The notes below the pieces were generated by a model. That model searched no databases and was not told the DNA's origin. It saw only the letters and a program-made list of their open reading frames with translations. A program made the position numbers and the translations under genes. From NCBI GenBank assembly GCA_023920165.1, contig CP089281.1:744001-808000 (forward strand): DNA of 64,000 nucleotides, given 5' to 3'. This document shows, one piece after another, positions 46,426 through 58,445 of this stretch. Source of the stretch: Curvularia clavata (Eukaryota). How positions within the stretch are numbered: position 1 is the stretch's first letter; each line of letters starts with the position of its first letter.

Positions 46426-48155
46426 TCAGGGCTTCTCGTCTGCACGGGCAGCATCGGGCTCAGAGTCGGAAGTGGCGTCGGTTCCGTCGTTCATCTCCGT
46501 ATCTGCAGTCTCATACTTGTGATTTGCGCCATTGCTAAGACCCATCTTCTTTTTTGCTCGTGACTTAGCAAATTCTGCCCGCTTCTTTTCTTGGGCCATG
46601 AAGTAGTCATTTTCCTCTCGCAGCTCTGAAAGCTGCGAGAATGTGACCTTTTGGATGCGTTGAAGACTTGCAAGCTGTTTCTTCAGCTCCTTGATCTCGA
46701 CTGGCTGGGCGTTGTCTGTGGTCCCAGATACATTTGCACTGGCTGTATCTAGGGTCATGAAGTCGGGAGCGGGAGCAGCGCTGGCCTTAGTCTGGGTACC
46801 CCAGGAGTCCAATTCGGCCAGGCCTTCCTCTAACATACTATTCGGAAAACTTGGATGAGTAAGGGCTGCTTCAAACGCACTTTTGCTGACCCGCCCTTGC
46901 TCAGTGGCAGACAAGTGAGAGCTACGTAGCCGACCCGTCAGCTGCATGTTTAGGGTGTAATGTGGTGGAACTAGGCCATTCCCGCTGCTTGCGACTTCGG
47001 TGTCTTGTTTCGGTTTGACAACAGTCTGGACCATAAAAGTTGGTTCCGCTGCGTTGGGAAAGCCTGTGGGAGAAAGAAATTGCAGATTCGACACAGGGCC
47101 TGGCAGATTGGCTGGAGTAGACAAATAATTGGCCTTGGCGATGTCCCAAGAAGCAATCTTGCCACTGGCATGGCCAGAGATGAGTGTTGTGCCATCCCAG
47201 CTCAAACTCAGACTGAGGGCTCCGCCGAGCTTCTGTGAGTCGGCACTGAAGCGGGTTTTAGACGGTGGTTGAATAGGACGGTGAGACAAAGCACTATCAC
47301 GAAGAAGATTGACTGAGGTTGTTTTCTGCGCCTCGTCGTAAAAGTCAACCGTCTGCAAACTACCGTCGGTATAGCCCACAAAAAATGCACGATCTGCAGG
47401 ATCAAGAGTGATAGCAGTAGGCGCCTCTGGTAACAGGTATGTGCGTAAAGCCTGTCCATTTTGATAGTCCCACACAATAGCAGACTTGTCCGCCGATATA
47501 GACACTGCAATGTTGGCACTACTCGAACTGTGCCCGCAGACGATGGAGGAGATGGGGCCGCGGTGGGTGGAGAGGGTATGTACGGGGGAGCGGGAGGCAT
47601 CAGGCGAGAAGGATAATATCGAGGGCAGTGCCCATACGTGGATCATGGCATCCGAGGACCCAGAGAGGAAGAAGTTGGAGGACGGATCGACAACAATGCA
47701 TGTTACCGGCTGGAGATGCGAAGTAGAGGTAGAGACGAGACGGCCCGAGCAGATCTGGAGAACATGTTAGAGCTATATACAGCCGAATATTTGATGATGG
47801 TAGTGTTGCGACTAACCTCCCAGGCCAATACCCGTCCACTTTCCGTCCCAAGCAGTAGCACGCTATCCTGTGCTGCCAGCGCAATACTATGGATCCTTTC
47901 TGGGAAGGGAACCAATGCCTCTTGGTTGCCTTTTTCCCTACTATACACGTGAACGATGGCTTTCTCGGACTGCGCAGCGAAAATATGCGTGGCGCTCACG
48001 GCGATGCCATTCGGCGCAGTCGCGCTCTTCTTCAAGACTTGTCGTTGGGCGGCCAGTGGCTGGAACTCATGGACAAAAATACCGGCGTCTTTGAAGACCC
48101 CCGTATTCGGCTTGGTCGAAGCCGATATGGCGGCCACGAATTGCTCGGTCAGCAT
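46426..48155 (-). CDS. IPI3: Pre-rRNA-processing WD40 protein Ipi3 (Rix1 complex); intron 47755-47816
   Basis: MLTEQFVAAI, IFAAQSEKAIVHVYSREKGNQEALVPFPERI, GRVLAWE, LSGSSDAMIHVW, WD repeats and a C-terminal coiled coil. Confidence 0.88.
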
Positions 48156-49104
48156 GGCCGGGATGTGGAATAGCTGAATGTGGTGGTGGGCAAGTTGCAA
48201 AGTTCAGAGCTCTGGAAATTTTGGTGGAGCATCTTTCCCATCAGGGTCCGTGCATCTAGCCGCGGTATCTCGCGCTGGGTGCGTACAATCTCCCTCCGCG
48301 CCGTTCACCTAACTATTGTCTTCTTCCTCCGCCACCACCAAGAAACTGTGTTAGCAAAACACCAAGTTCGGTCTGGATAAATACTAAACGTCTACAAGAG
48401 AATATTGTGGCAAAGAACAGAGCAGACACAGCCCCCTGCCAAGCCGAACTGCAGCCAACAACACATGTTCCCCACCCTGCGATGGTCGCCTGAGTGGGGT
48501 TGTTCAAGTGCACCTGTCTGAAAGAGCAAAGATGATCCATCCGTCAGCAGTCTTGCGCGGCAATATGGTTTCTTGTTTGCCATTAGACACAAAGAGAACA
48601 GAGTCTCAGTTCGCATACGTGCGTTGTAGAATGAACCACTGCTTTTAAGACGAAAGCAGATGAGGGCTAGCACAGTATACCAGAGCATACTTCGAAGTTG
48701 GTGTCCAAAGCAAGACCGCCGAGGAAGTCAACAGAGCTGCCCCACCTTGTGTTAGTAAAATCTTACTACCGATGCATTGTCGCTTGCCTCAGCCAATATC
48801 TGAATCTCACCTCATACAGTACACTACTGGAGCTGACTTCCTAATCCAGATACCAATTAGGTATAATATCCTTGAAGCAACGTTTGGCCATTGGTATTCG
48901 CATTCCCGCTGTACCATGGGAACCTGGAACTAGTATCCAGCTCCGCGCTTCCAAATCTTAGGCTATTCTGGGATCCGCATTGTGCGTTGCCTAGACCAAT
49001 CTGTATAAATTCATAGAGGCCACATATATTTGACCCTTTAAGTTGAATCATCCACGTTCAAATTTTCTTCGTCATCCATACCACAGTACCCAACTTTGGT
49101 CATC

Positions 49105-51376
49105 ATGTCTGACGACAAGCCTCTTACTAACGGAGCGGCTGCTGAGGACTTCACAAGCCGATCATATGGTATGTAGAACAAAGCCCCTGGGTTACCTTAG
49201 GTGCATTGTTACCAGGGACGTGCCCTTTGGCAGCCCATTGCCCTTCTGAAATGCCATACAGCTCGGAATAAGTTCTCCAAAAAGTATAACCCACTAACCA
49301 TCTATTTCTAGACTATATCATCTGTGGTGGCGGAACAGCGGGGTTGGCCATCGCAGCGCGTCTCACTGAGGACAAAGATGTCACTGTTGCAGTTTTAGAA
49401 GCTGGAGGCAATGCGCTAGACGATGTATTAGTTGATGCGCCAAATATGTTCATGCAGCTTTGGGGCAAACCACAGTATGACTGGGATTTCAAGACGATCC
49501 CCCAGGTATGCTAATACCACCTTCATCAATTGATTTCCACTAAACATTGGGATAGAAAGGCACGGCGGGCAGAGTTCATGGCTGGGTCCGTGGCAAAGTC
49601 CTTGGTGGCAGCAGCGCTGTAAACTACAACATGTTCAGGTGAGCACTACGTAAAAACTTTGTCGAACAACTTTGCTGAAATCTCCACTAGTATGGCATCG
49701 AAGCAGGACTTGGACAACTGGAAAGAACTTGGCAACGACGGCTGGTCCTTCGAAGATCTCAAACCTTACTATCGCAAATTCGAAACCTACCACTCAGCTT
49801 CTGACAGCCATGGCGAGAAAATAGACAACAAATATCTAGACAAGTCTCTGCGCGGAACCTCTGGACCTATTCAGGTTAGTTGTTCATGGAAGACTTCGTT
49901 TGCTTTCTCGTGCTGACTAGCTCCAGATCTCCTTCCCGGAAGGCGAAGTTACTTGGAGCCAAGATATGTGGCCGAAGACCATAAAAAATGCGGGTTACGC
50001 ACCGGCGAATGATCCTCGTACTGGCTCCGCCATTGGAGGCTTCAACCAGTTGAGCACTATTGATCCCAGGCACAACCGACGAAGCTACTCAGCAAGGGAG
50101 TACTACGAACCGAACAAGGACCGACCTAACTTTTTTGTCTTTACCAATGCCCTCGTTTCGAAGATCGAACTCGAAAAGAATGACGACATTATCAAGGCAA
50201 CTGGGGTTCAGTTCACTTTTAATGACTCTCCGTTCACCGTCAAGGCAAACAAAGAAGTCATCGTATGTGGAGGTGCCATAAACTCTCCGCAGATTCTCGA
50301 ACTCTCTGGTATTGGATCACCTGATGTGTTGCAAAAGGCTGGAGTGGAAGTAGTTGTAGATCTCCCAGGCGTTGGTGAGAACTTATCCGATCACTCTGCA
50401 ACAGGAATTGTTCTGGTAAGTACAACAAGCTTTGTATCTCTATTTATCCAGTTCGAAAGAAAGTAGTAGTACCACCAACATCATCTAACACCCTAAACAG
50501 GGCGTCAAAGACGAATACCCTACCGGAGAGGTCCTAATCCGGAATCCCGCCCTCGCCCAGCAAGCCCTCGAAGCCTACATCGCGCACAAAGCCGGGCCCT
50601 TCGCCAGCGGCCCAACAACCACAGGCTTCGCCTCTCTCGCCAAAGTCTCGCCCGATCTCTCCAACCCCGAGTCCCACATCCAATCCCTCCTCCAATCCTA
50701 CTCCAGCGCGCACCCATCCTCTGACCCCGCCGGACGCGACGCTCTGCTTGCCCGCCAACTCCTCGACCCCAAAGAAGCCGTCTGCCAACTAGTCCTGCTC
50801 CCCATCGGTGCCAACCCCGCCCACCCAGAAGACACGAGCAAGCTCTTTCCCTGTGAAGACGACGGCATGTGGCTCACTCTCGGCATAGGCAGCACGCGCT
50901 CCTTCTCCCGCGGAAGCGTGCACATTACATCGTCAGACCCAACGGCACATCCCGCCATCGACCCGGCATATTTCTCGCACCCGCTTGACATCGATCTCAT
51001 CGCTAGAAGTACTCTGCATGCCCTGACCTTCGCCAACATCGAGCCGCTGGCCAGCGTCTTCCGCCGCGACGAGAAAGGTGAGATTGTTATCCCCAAGAAT
51101 GCGTCGGGCCCGTTGCCCCGAACGCTTGAGGAGGCGAAGGAGTGGATCCAGGAGAACACTGTCACTGAGTATCATCCCGTGGGTACTTGTGCTATGCTGC
51201 CGAGGGAGAAGGGAGGTGTTGTGGATGAGCAGCTGAGAGTGCATGGTGTGCAGGGGCTGCGGGTGGCAGATGCTAGTATTTTCCCTCTGCATGTGCAGGG
51301 TAACATCGTAAGTCTTGTTTATGCGGTTGCAGAGAAGGCGGCGGATTTGATTCGAGGGAGGACAGCAACAAGTTAA
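49105..51376 (+). CDS. GMC oxidoreductase (AA3-type), no signal peptide; 5 introns
   Basis: YDYIICGGGTAG FAD motif, VLEAG, RGKVLGGSSAVN, GAINSPQILELSGIG, PGVGENLSDH, SRGSVHI, catalytic EYHPVGT and GLRVADASIFP..GN. Confidence 0.93.
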
Positions 51377-51583
51377 ATAAGGGTTATCAGGAAGAAAGTT
51401 GTATATTTTAACATTGGGTGAAGACTGTCCAATCGTAAATATAGTTTACTTTGATTTAGGATAACACAAAGTTGTCAATACAACGTTAATAGCAGTGGAT
51501 CACTTTTCTTGTACTAAATAATGCTGCGATAAGAAATACTCATACACGCATCGAATGAGACCACTCTTTTGCACCACATACTC

Positions 51584-54334
51584 CTACCATTTGATGTCCT
51601 TCTTGAAGATAGGAATCTCTTCGAAGTTGTCCACACTCCACTTCACCTTGCCGTCACTCGTCACCCACGCGCCTCCCTCACTAGCCTTAAGCCCCACATT
51701 TTCATTCTCGCTAACCTCATTCTTGCTCACGCCAATACTGTCCTTTGCCAGCCAAACAACTGGCGTCTTGCTGGTGTAAGCCGGATTGAGGTATGCCTTC
51801 TTTAAATCTTCGTCGCTGTACTCTGGTTCTTCGTCATCGAAATCACCGTCGCGGATCCAGCTCTTCATCACAGTGTAACTGCCGAAGACGTGCGGTTGCA
51901 AGAAGCGAGCGAGAGGCGAGATTACGTTTGATGGGACATGGATTCGCTCGCTTACACGAGAGACTCTTGACTCTGCGTGCTGTAGAGCATCCGACTCGCC
52001 TTCTTCTGCCGATGATAGTAGAGGTGACTGTTCATGGTCTTCTGATTCGAGAGCAAGGTCCGCAGGAAGGTACTCTTCGAGCGGTGCAAAGTAGCGATTG
52101 GTGGTGTAGTTGAATATGGCAGTCGCAATGAGTAGTACCACAAGCATGAACGAGGGACCAGTAGCTCCGCGCAGGCCAAAGATACCAATGAGGCAAAGCT
52201 CGGCAATGTAGACTCCAGTGAGGATATGCTGAAGGGAAAGCGTGTATGCATGCCCTTTAGTATCGATCTTTGGTTTCACCGTATAGAGCAGTTGGTATCG
52301 ATAGCTCCAGTAGAAAATGGTAAGGCCGATAGCAGCAAAGCCGAGAACAAGAGGGGCAATACAGGCGTAAGCAATCGCTATAGACCATCAGTGATATTAC
52401 AATTTAGCGAAATCAAGAATAACATACCAATGATGACGAAGTTGACATACTTCGGAAACAACTTGCCCCACTTCATGCCTCTCATCGAGATATGAGTCTT
52501 GTACTTTTGGCGGGGTGTCTTGTCAACGAACTTGTCATAGAAGACGTAAGTAAGGACGTCGGTGTAGTTCAGAATATTACTCGGAGCATTTGTCAACGCC
52601 TGAACAACAAAGTAGGTAAGGTAGGTGTTGGATGCCCTAGGCAGACGGTCTGCCAGAAGCTGGGGAACCGAGCCTGGATCTTTTGCGATCTGTGATGCCA
52701 CCGCAGCAGCTCCCGATGATAAGGTGGTGACAAGGAACACTTGAAGTACTTGAAAGACATAATGCCATTTCAGTACCTTTAGTTCAATCACAGACTTAGT
52801 AGGGTCGCCGAATGTCGTGAAGATGTCTAAAGTTGTAAGCTATGTTGATCAGTACATTTGACGGGATACCTACACCTGAAGATGTCTGGCACCCATCGGG
52901 CTAGGGCGCTCAGCAATAGAGGGGGAATCAGACCACTCAGAAGGTTCCTGAGGGAGGCCGGAAGCCTGTTGAGAAATTGGAGCCACTCAAAATTCTCTGC
53001 AAGATACTGAATATTGGAAATGGCGCCAACCAAAGATACAGGAATGGACCAGAAAATGATGGTGGCAATCACAAGTGATAGCGCAATACCACTTTGCGAT
53101 ATACGGCGAGCAGGTGGCAGAACCAGGTTGGCCCAGACGACTTCGTCCGGCTTAGTCCCTACGAACCGAGGTGTAAGAGAAAGAATGTCGGCGGATGCAA
53201 TCTGCTGGTATGCCCGCTGAGCGGCAGGCTGTGTACGGAACTCGACGAATACCGCCGCTGCTCCACCAAGACTCGCAGTTGACTCGTTCGATTCACGGGC
53301 TTTCTCTATCTCGTCCTCTTTCTCCTTGATTTGGTCTCGATAGTAGCTAATGCTGTCGACTTCCTTACCAACAACTGGTGCCTTAGACTTGTGTGTAGGC
53401 CGCAAGGATTTCTTCATCTGCTTCGGTAGCTGTTCGTATTTAATATTAGCATTATGGCCATTCCTGACCTCCTTGTTTACGTTCAGAATGAACGACATCT
53501 CTGCACTTTCTAGCTTTTCGACCCTCGAGTCCCTTTCAGAAACCAGGGATACAAGCTTGTCGCCTTTGGTGACTGGCCAAATCCTGACTGCATCTTCCCC
53601 AAAGAACCGGTGCATGTTGCTTTCGTCAAGAGCCGCGGTAGGTGCTGCAAGATAAAGAACAGTGCGCGAAGACAGTCTCTTCGCGTTTGGCTTTGCCAGA
53701 TTCCAAGCTTGCCGCATTCCTATGAGCCACAGCCGCTCTCGCGCAACAGTAAACATGACGAAGCTAAAGAAGACCCAAGCAACGGCGGCATGAGCGTACA
53801 AATGGTCCTTCTTCTTCACATTGCCAATGCCTAGGCGATTCAGCTCTTTTGACTTGCCTCCACCCGTCCAGTTAATAGGCATGAGGATCGGCCAGGTAAT
53901 GGCAGAGCCCACAACGCAGATAAAGATCAGTGTGCGAAGGAAGCGAAGAAACAGGTATGAATCGAGCGATTGATGATATAGTGCAAACTTGTCTGGCACT
54001 GTCCTCAGAGTACGAATCCAGTCCAAATGGCCCGGCGATTTCGAACATGGCGTACGGTCTTTTTCTTGAACCGTGCCAATATATGTCCTGGGGGAATAGA
54101 TTTTGGGAAAGCTTGGCCTAATGATAACGAAGACAATCATGTATAGAGTCGCGATCACAGCTGTAGGGACAAAAGCCGCAGCCAGTGCCGGGAAGGATGA
54201 AGGGCCGCTAGACTTCTCCAACGCGTCAGGTTAGCAGGTATGCTTGAGTAATGTCGCGCGTACTTGCAAACACGCACCGACTGAGCATGGCTGCTCGAGC
54301 TGTCCAAGGCAATATACACCGTCTGGAGATCCAT
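51584..54334 (-). CDS. CSC1/OSCA/TMEM63 (DUF221, Rsn1-like) calcium-permeable stress-gated channel; introns about 54216-54277, 52827-52874, 52378-52427
   Basis: IYSPRTY, SLDSYLFLRFLR, PILMPINWTGG, SSRTVL, AVFVEF, PDEVVWANL, FQVLQVFLVTTLSS, YACIAPLVLGF and IDTKGHAY. The first exon (MDLQTVYIALDSSSSHAQS, from 54334) is my best model and is less certain than the rest. Confidence 0.9.
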
Positions 54335-54908
54335 CTCGGCTTCCTGGGTCGAGATAGAGGAAGATCAATGATGGCTCATAGCCGGAACCCAGGCGGTGAA
54401 CAGATATCTGCAGAAGTGGGGTAAACTCGTTCACCGTCGTAGTTTTGCAGGGTGCTGGCCAGTGTTGTGGAGATCAGAGGATGAAGCCTGTCCAGAACAG
54501 GGGACAATGACGTAGACGCGACGATTTGGCGGCGCGGAGCCGCCAAGGCACGTGCAAATCCGCCTGCAGCGCCAACCGTACCATGTAGCAAGAGGATCCC
54601 AGCAACCAATAACAGAGTGATCATAGTATGGGACAATTAACCTTGTGTCGATTACAAGTTCGCTTTTCAACTAGCCATGCAGATACATCAACACGAGTTG
54701 CTCGCCCTACCAAATAAATGTCCGAATAGTTGATGACAGGACTATACATGCTTGTCTAAGACATATTAAAGATCCATTATCGATATACAGAACAATCTAT
54801 GCAGCATGGTATCCAATATTCCTGAAAAGCGACCCATTATCCAACTCCATATGTATGCGTACAAAGGAAATCCTACCACCCGTGAATGCAATGTGCTACA
54901 AGGCCGAT

Positions 54909-57900
54909 CTAGAGCCAAAGGAGCCATCGAACAACTCCCCAGCCCATACCAAAGACGCGCTTCACCGACCCAACAAGCACGACAATGAGCCATAAACACC
55001 ACATGAAGCCGACGAGCGCCCACTCGACTAACATCCAGCCAAAGCCTCGCATCCATCTCATGCGGCGCTTCCGCGCTCTGATCATGCGGTCGATTTCATC
55101 TGTAATCTGTTTGACTTCAAGTGAGCCCTGACCGGAGACTTCACTTGTAACCCGCACAGCTTTGTCGCCACCTTCCAAGATGCGGGGCATGAGATCTGAG
55201 TCGACGGTTGATTGCAAGGTCGATATCTGACTCGTCAATTGCTGAATGGCCTTGTTGCGAAATGTTTCAAGAGTTGATTGTAAAGCTTTGGTTGAAGCCT
55301 CGAGATCTTTGACCAATATGCGCGCAGCCAAAACATGCTCTTCCTTACGTGGTACTGGATATAGCTTTGTTTTTGTCAAGGCAGCAGCACGCACAAGGAA
55401 GTCGGGAGTTGTCTCTCGTACACTATAGGCGCGGCGGACGATTTCCTGCGCCTTGACACCGGAGCAAAGAAACAATGCACGCACGCGAGCAATGTCTGCT
55501 TGTGTGATCAAGTCCGCATTGTTCTTGCGGTCGACAGTTTGATCATCGCTGTCGGCAATACTCCAGTGTCTTCCGTTCATCCCTGGCCTTGGACCACTAT
55601 TCTGCTTATTCGCCGCTTGTGCATTCCTTAAACCTGTGGGAGGAAGAACTCCCCCACTTACACCGGGTCGAGCAAGTGATTGATGGATCTGATCTTGGCT
55701 GTGGCTGTGGGCGAGGGTGAGAGAGGCCTGAGAGGAATGATCGGATATGGTGCTCAAATCCATACGTGGAGGCAAAAGCCGGTCAATGCGAGGGGAACGG
55801 CTACCCCGTCGTTCCCGAGTTTGACGCGAAATGTGGTGTTCTTCATCAGAATTGCCACTTTCGATGGCGTTGACGGAGCGGAAGGATGGGAGATCGAGAT
55901 AGCTGCGATCTTTGTGAAAGGAATTTCGACTGCCCTCTGTTCCTCCTGTGATTGTACGTCTTATTGCTTGTCGTTTGCCGTGTTTAGCTCGGTGAGAGCC
56001 ATCGTCATCGTCAAATTCCACCGAATTATTATCAGACATAGTTTCAGAATCAGAGTCATCGGCTCGGTCTCTTCGAAAGATGATATCTCCGACTTTCGTG
56101 CCCTCATTCTTGACCCCTTTAAAGAATCGTGTAACAGCAGACTGGGGCTCCTGGATCTCTCTCCGACGTAACTTTTCTGGACTGGGCAAGCTACTAACAC
56201 TATCATTTTTCCGATGGCCCAGAAGGTTCCTGACAGCACCAGGCGCAGCCAGTATAGCCGTTCCAAGGTGTTTATCGTCCGCAGTCTCGCCGCCATTTTG
56301 ATGAGATTTTGCTTTTCGGTCTGTTCCTGAAGAACCGGGGCGCCCCTCATGCTGGCTGTCTTCGCTGTGATCGTGCGAGTGGAAAATGTAATTGAACTTC
56401 TGGCGTATAGGTTTTCTGGTTTGTGAGTTGGATCGGCTCTGGGGTGGGGAAAAGTCGGTGCCAATATGGGGAAGTCGTCTGGTAAGTGGGGTGTTTGGGG
56501 CTGTACTGTCTTGATGCTCTTGTGAAGACCGGGGCTCGGCCTCTTCGTTGGATGAATTCACAGCCTTCCACGGTTTGGGTGGGATCTTGAAGTTACCGTG
56601 GTCTTTGAGATATGAGAAACCGTTCGTGAACTGCGGTACTTCGAGTGAGTCCCGAGCGGGCTTTTCGTCAAGCGTTATGTCTCCGTTGCGCCCCCATTTA
56701 TCGGGTGTGTTGGGTGACGTGCCCGGTGGCGACTTGGCTTGTGACTCCTTGGCTTGCTGCTCCAGAAGCAGGGCGAGTGGCCCAGTGTTGTGTTCTGGGT
56801 CCGTAGCAACACGGGTCTTGCGCCTCTTCGTGTCAGACTCTGACCCAGAGGTATCACCATCATCGTGATTTCGAAGCCTTGAACCTCTTCTCGAGTGCTT
56901 CCCGCCCTTGGGACTATCGGAGCGAAGCGCTGGAAGCAGTCTTCGCTTGCGTCCACGGTCACTTCCTCTATCACTCTCGTCACCCGTTGTATGATCAAGT
57001 GTAATGCCAGGCCGTGCATCCCAGCTCTTCCTTCGCTTGTCAGTGTATTCTCTGCTGGAACGCACTTGTAGAGATTCCCTGGGTTGCGCCTCTCTAGGGG
57101 GAAATATCTTTTGGCCGCGACGATTTTCTACCAGAGTCTTGTTGTCGCCCTGTTCCAGCCAGTGCGCGTCAGCGAGCAGCTCTTGTGGGGTAAAGAACCA
57201 TCCCTTGTGGGGCCGTGCAGGTTTGCTGGGTGGAGAGGTGGCTTCATGGTCGTGGTGTATCTTAGGCAAATATACAGCATCGTTTCGGCGGTACCCAGGT
57301 CGTTTGGCATGTTGTTCAACGCGATCCACCCAATCATGCACCTGCTCGACGTCCTCGAATTCCTCTGGGGGATGGTCTAGAACTACACGCTCGCGAGCTC
57401 TGATACGGCGGTTGCGGATATACTGTAGAGGATTATAAGGGCGACCAAGATTGTGTTGTTTGCCAGCGTACGATGGTGTGCGAGTGAGGTGCGCCTGAGG
57501 ACTGCCTGGCATGTTACTCGATGAGACAATAAAATTGCCTGGAGCACTAGCATCGGGCTTCAAAGGCGGAAGAAATTCCAGGAGCCGTAAATATTCCACA
57601 TGAAGCTCGATATACGCTCGAGCTTTGTTCACTCGTGCGAGCGTAGAAGCTGAGGGGTTGATTGTTTGAGAGCCAGAAAATGCGATTGAACCACCGCCCT
57701 GCATGGAAGCAGACATGTGCCGCGACGGTGAGCCTCCACCACCCATTGGAGATATGTTCCTCGATGTTCGTCGTTGCTCGTTGAGATAGTGCTTCAAACT
57801 ACCGCCAGCGCCGTAGTTGGAGTGGCTGCCTTCGCGTTGCGAACCAGACGCGACGCGTGGTTGGGATGCGAGAAGCTGGCTGGTACTGATGTATCTTCTT

Positions 57901-58445
57901 CGACTCTCGCTGAGATTCAGGGCCATGTGGACCAGTTGGCTGGGGTCGATGGCCTGCCGTGGTGGCTCCGTCTTGGGTGAAACATCTCTGCTATGCTTTG
58001 TAGACTGCACTTCGTGCGCGCTCCGCCTATTCTTGTCAATCTGAATGCCTTCACCGCTATGCTCTCGAGATGCGCCCAGCGCACTGCTTTGTCCTGTCTC
58101 CTGTGTTCCATGGTATCGCGAACTGCGCTTGCCCCTCGTGTCCTCGCCATGACTGTCGCGATGTCCACGGCGCTGTCGTGGTCCGCTCGGGAAGGATGAA
58201 TCAAGCAAGAAGCCGCCACTTCGTCTTGCGCGCTGCTTGCGATGGGCAAAGTCTTCCTCTGTGACTATGCCCAAACCATGAATCGCGCCGCTGCTCGGCC
58301 TGGAGTTCTGGCTCTGCTGCGGCGAGGAGCTTCCTTCGCCATTATCCGCATACGCGCCTGAACTGCTGGCGACATATGTGTTTGAGGAGGCTGTCCAACG
58401 GTCCGAGTCGCCGGAGGGACGCCCATGGGTGGACGGTGCCGACAT
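54909..58445 (-). CDS. Large low-complexity protein with C-terminal transmembrane segment(s), MTC4-like
   Basis: Intronless ORF of about 1180 aa from the ATG at 58445. RPYNPLQYIRNRRIRARE resembles the conserved motif of the Mtc4 family (recalled, not searched). The C-terminus is hydrophobic. Confidence 0.75.
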   Translation of the reverse strand: MSAPSTHGRPSGDSDRWTASSNTYVASSSGAYADNGEGSSSPQQSQNSRPSSGAIHGLGIVTEEDFAHRKQRARRSGGFLLDSSFPSGPRQRRGHRDSHGEDTRGKRSSRYHGTQETGQSSALGASREHSGEGIQIDKNRRSAHEVQSTKHSRDVSPKTEPPRQAIDPSQLVHMALNLSESRRRYISTSQLLASQPRVASGSQREGSHSNYGAGGSLKHYLNEQRRTSRNISPMGGGGSPSRHMSASMQGGGSIAFSGSQTINPSASTLARVNKARAYIELHVEYLRLLEFLPPLKPDASAPGNFIVSSSNMPGSPQAHLTRTPSYAGKQHNLGRPYNPLQYIRNRRIRARERVVLDHPPEEFEDVEQVHDWVDRVEQHAKRPGYRRNDAVYLPKIHHDHEATSPPSKPARPHKGWFFTPQELLADAHWLEQGDNKTLVENRRGQKIFPPREAQPRESLQVRSSREYTDKRRKSWDARPGITLDHTTGDESDRGSDRGRKRRLLPALRSDSPKGGKHSRRGSRLRNHDDGDTSGSESDTKRRKTRVATDPEHNTGPLALLLEQQAKESQAKSPPGTSPNTPDKWGRNGDITLDEKPARDSLEVPQFTNGFSYLKDHGNFKIPPKPWKAVNSSNEEAEPRSSQEHQDSTAPNTPLTRRLPHIGTDFSPPQSRSNSQTRKPIRQKFNYIFHSHDHSEDSQHEGRPGSSGTDRKAKSHQNGGETADDKHLGTAILAAPGAVRNLLGHRKNDSVSSLPSPEKLRRREIQEPQSAVTRFFKGVKNEGTKVGDIIFRRDRADDSDSETMSDNNSVEFDDDDGSHRAKHGKRQAIRRTITGGTEGSRNSFHKDRSYLDLPSFRSVNAIESGNSDEEHHISRQTRERRGSRSPRIDRLLPPRMDLSTISDHSSQASLTLAHSHSQDQIHQSLARPGVSGGVLPPTGLRNAQAANKQNSGPRPGMNGRHWSIADSDDQTVDRKNNADLITQADIARVRALFLCSGVKAQEIVRRAYSVRETTPDFLVRAAALTKTKLYPVPRKEEHVLAARILVKDLEASTKALQSTLETFRNKAIQQLTSQISTLQSTVDSDLMPRILEGGDKAVRVTSEVSGQGSLEVKQITDEIDRMIRARKRRMRWMRGFGWMLVEWALVGFMWCLWLIVVLVGSVKRVFGMGWGVVRWLLWL

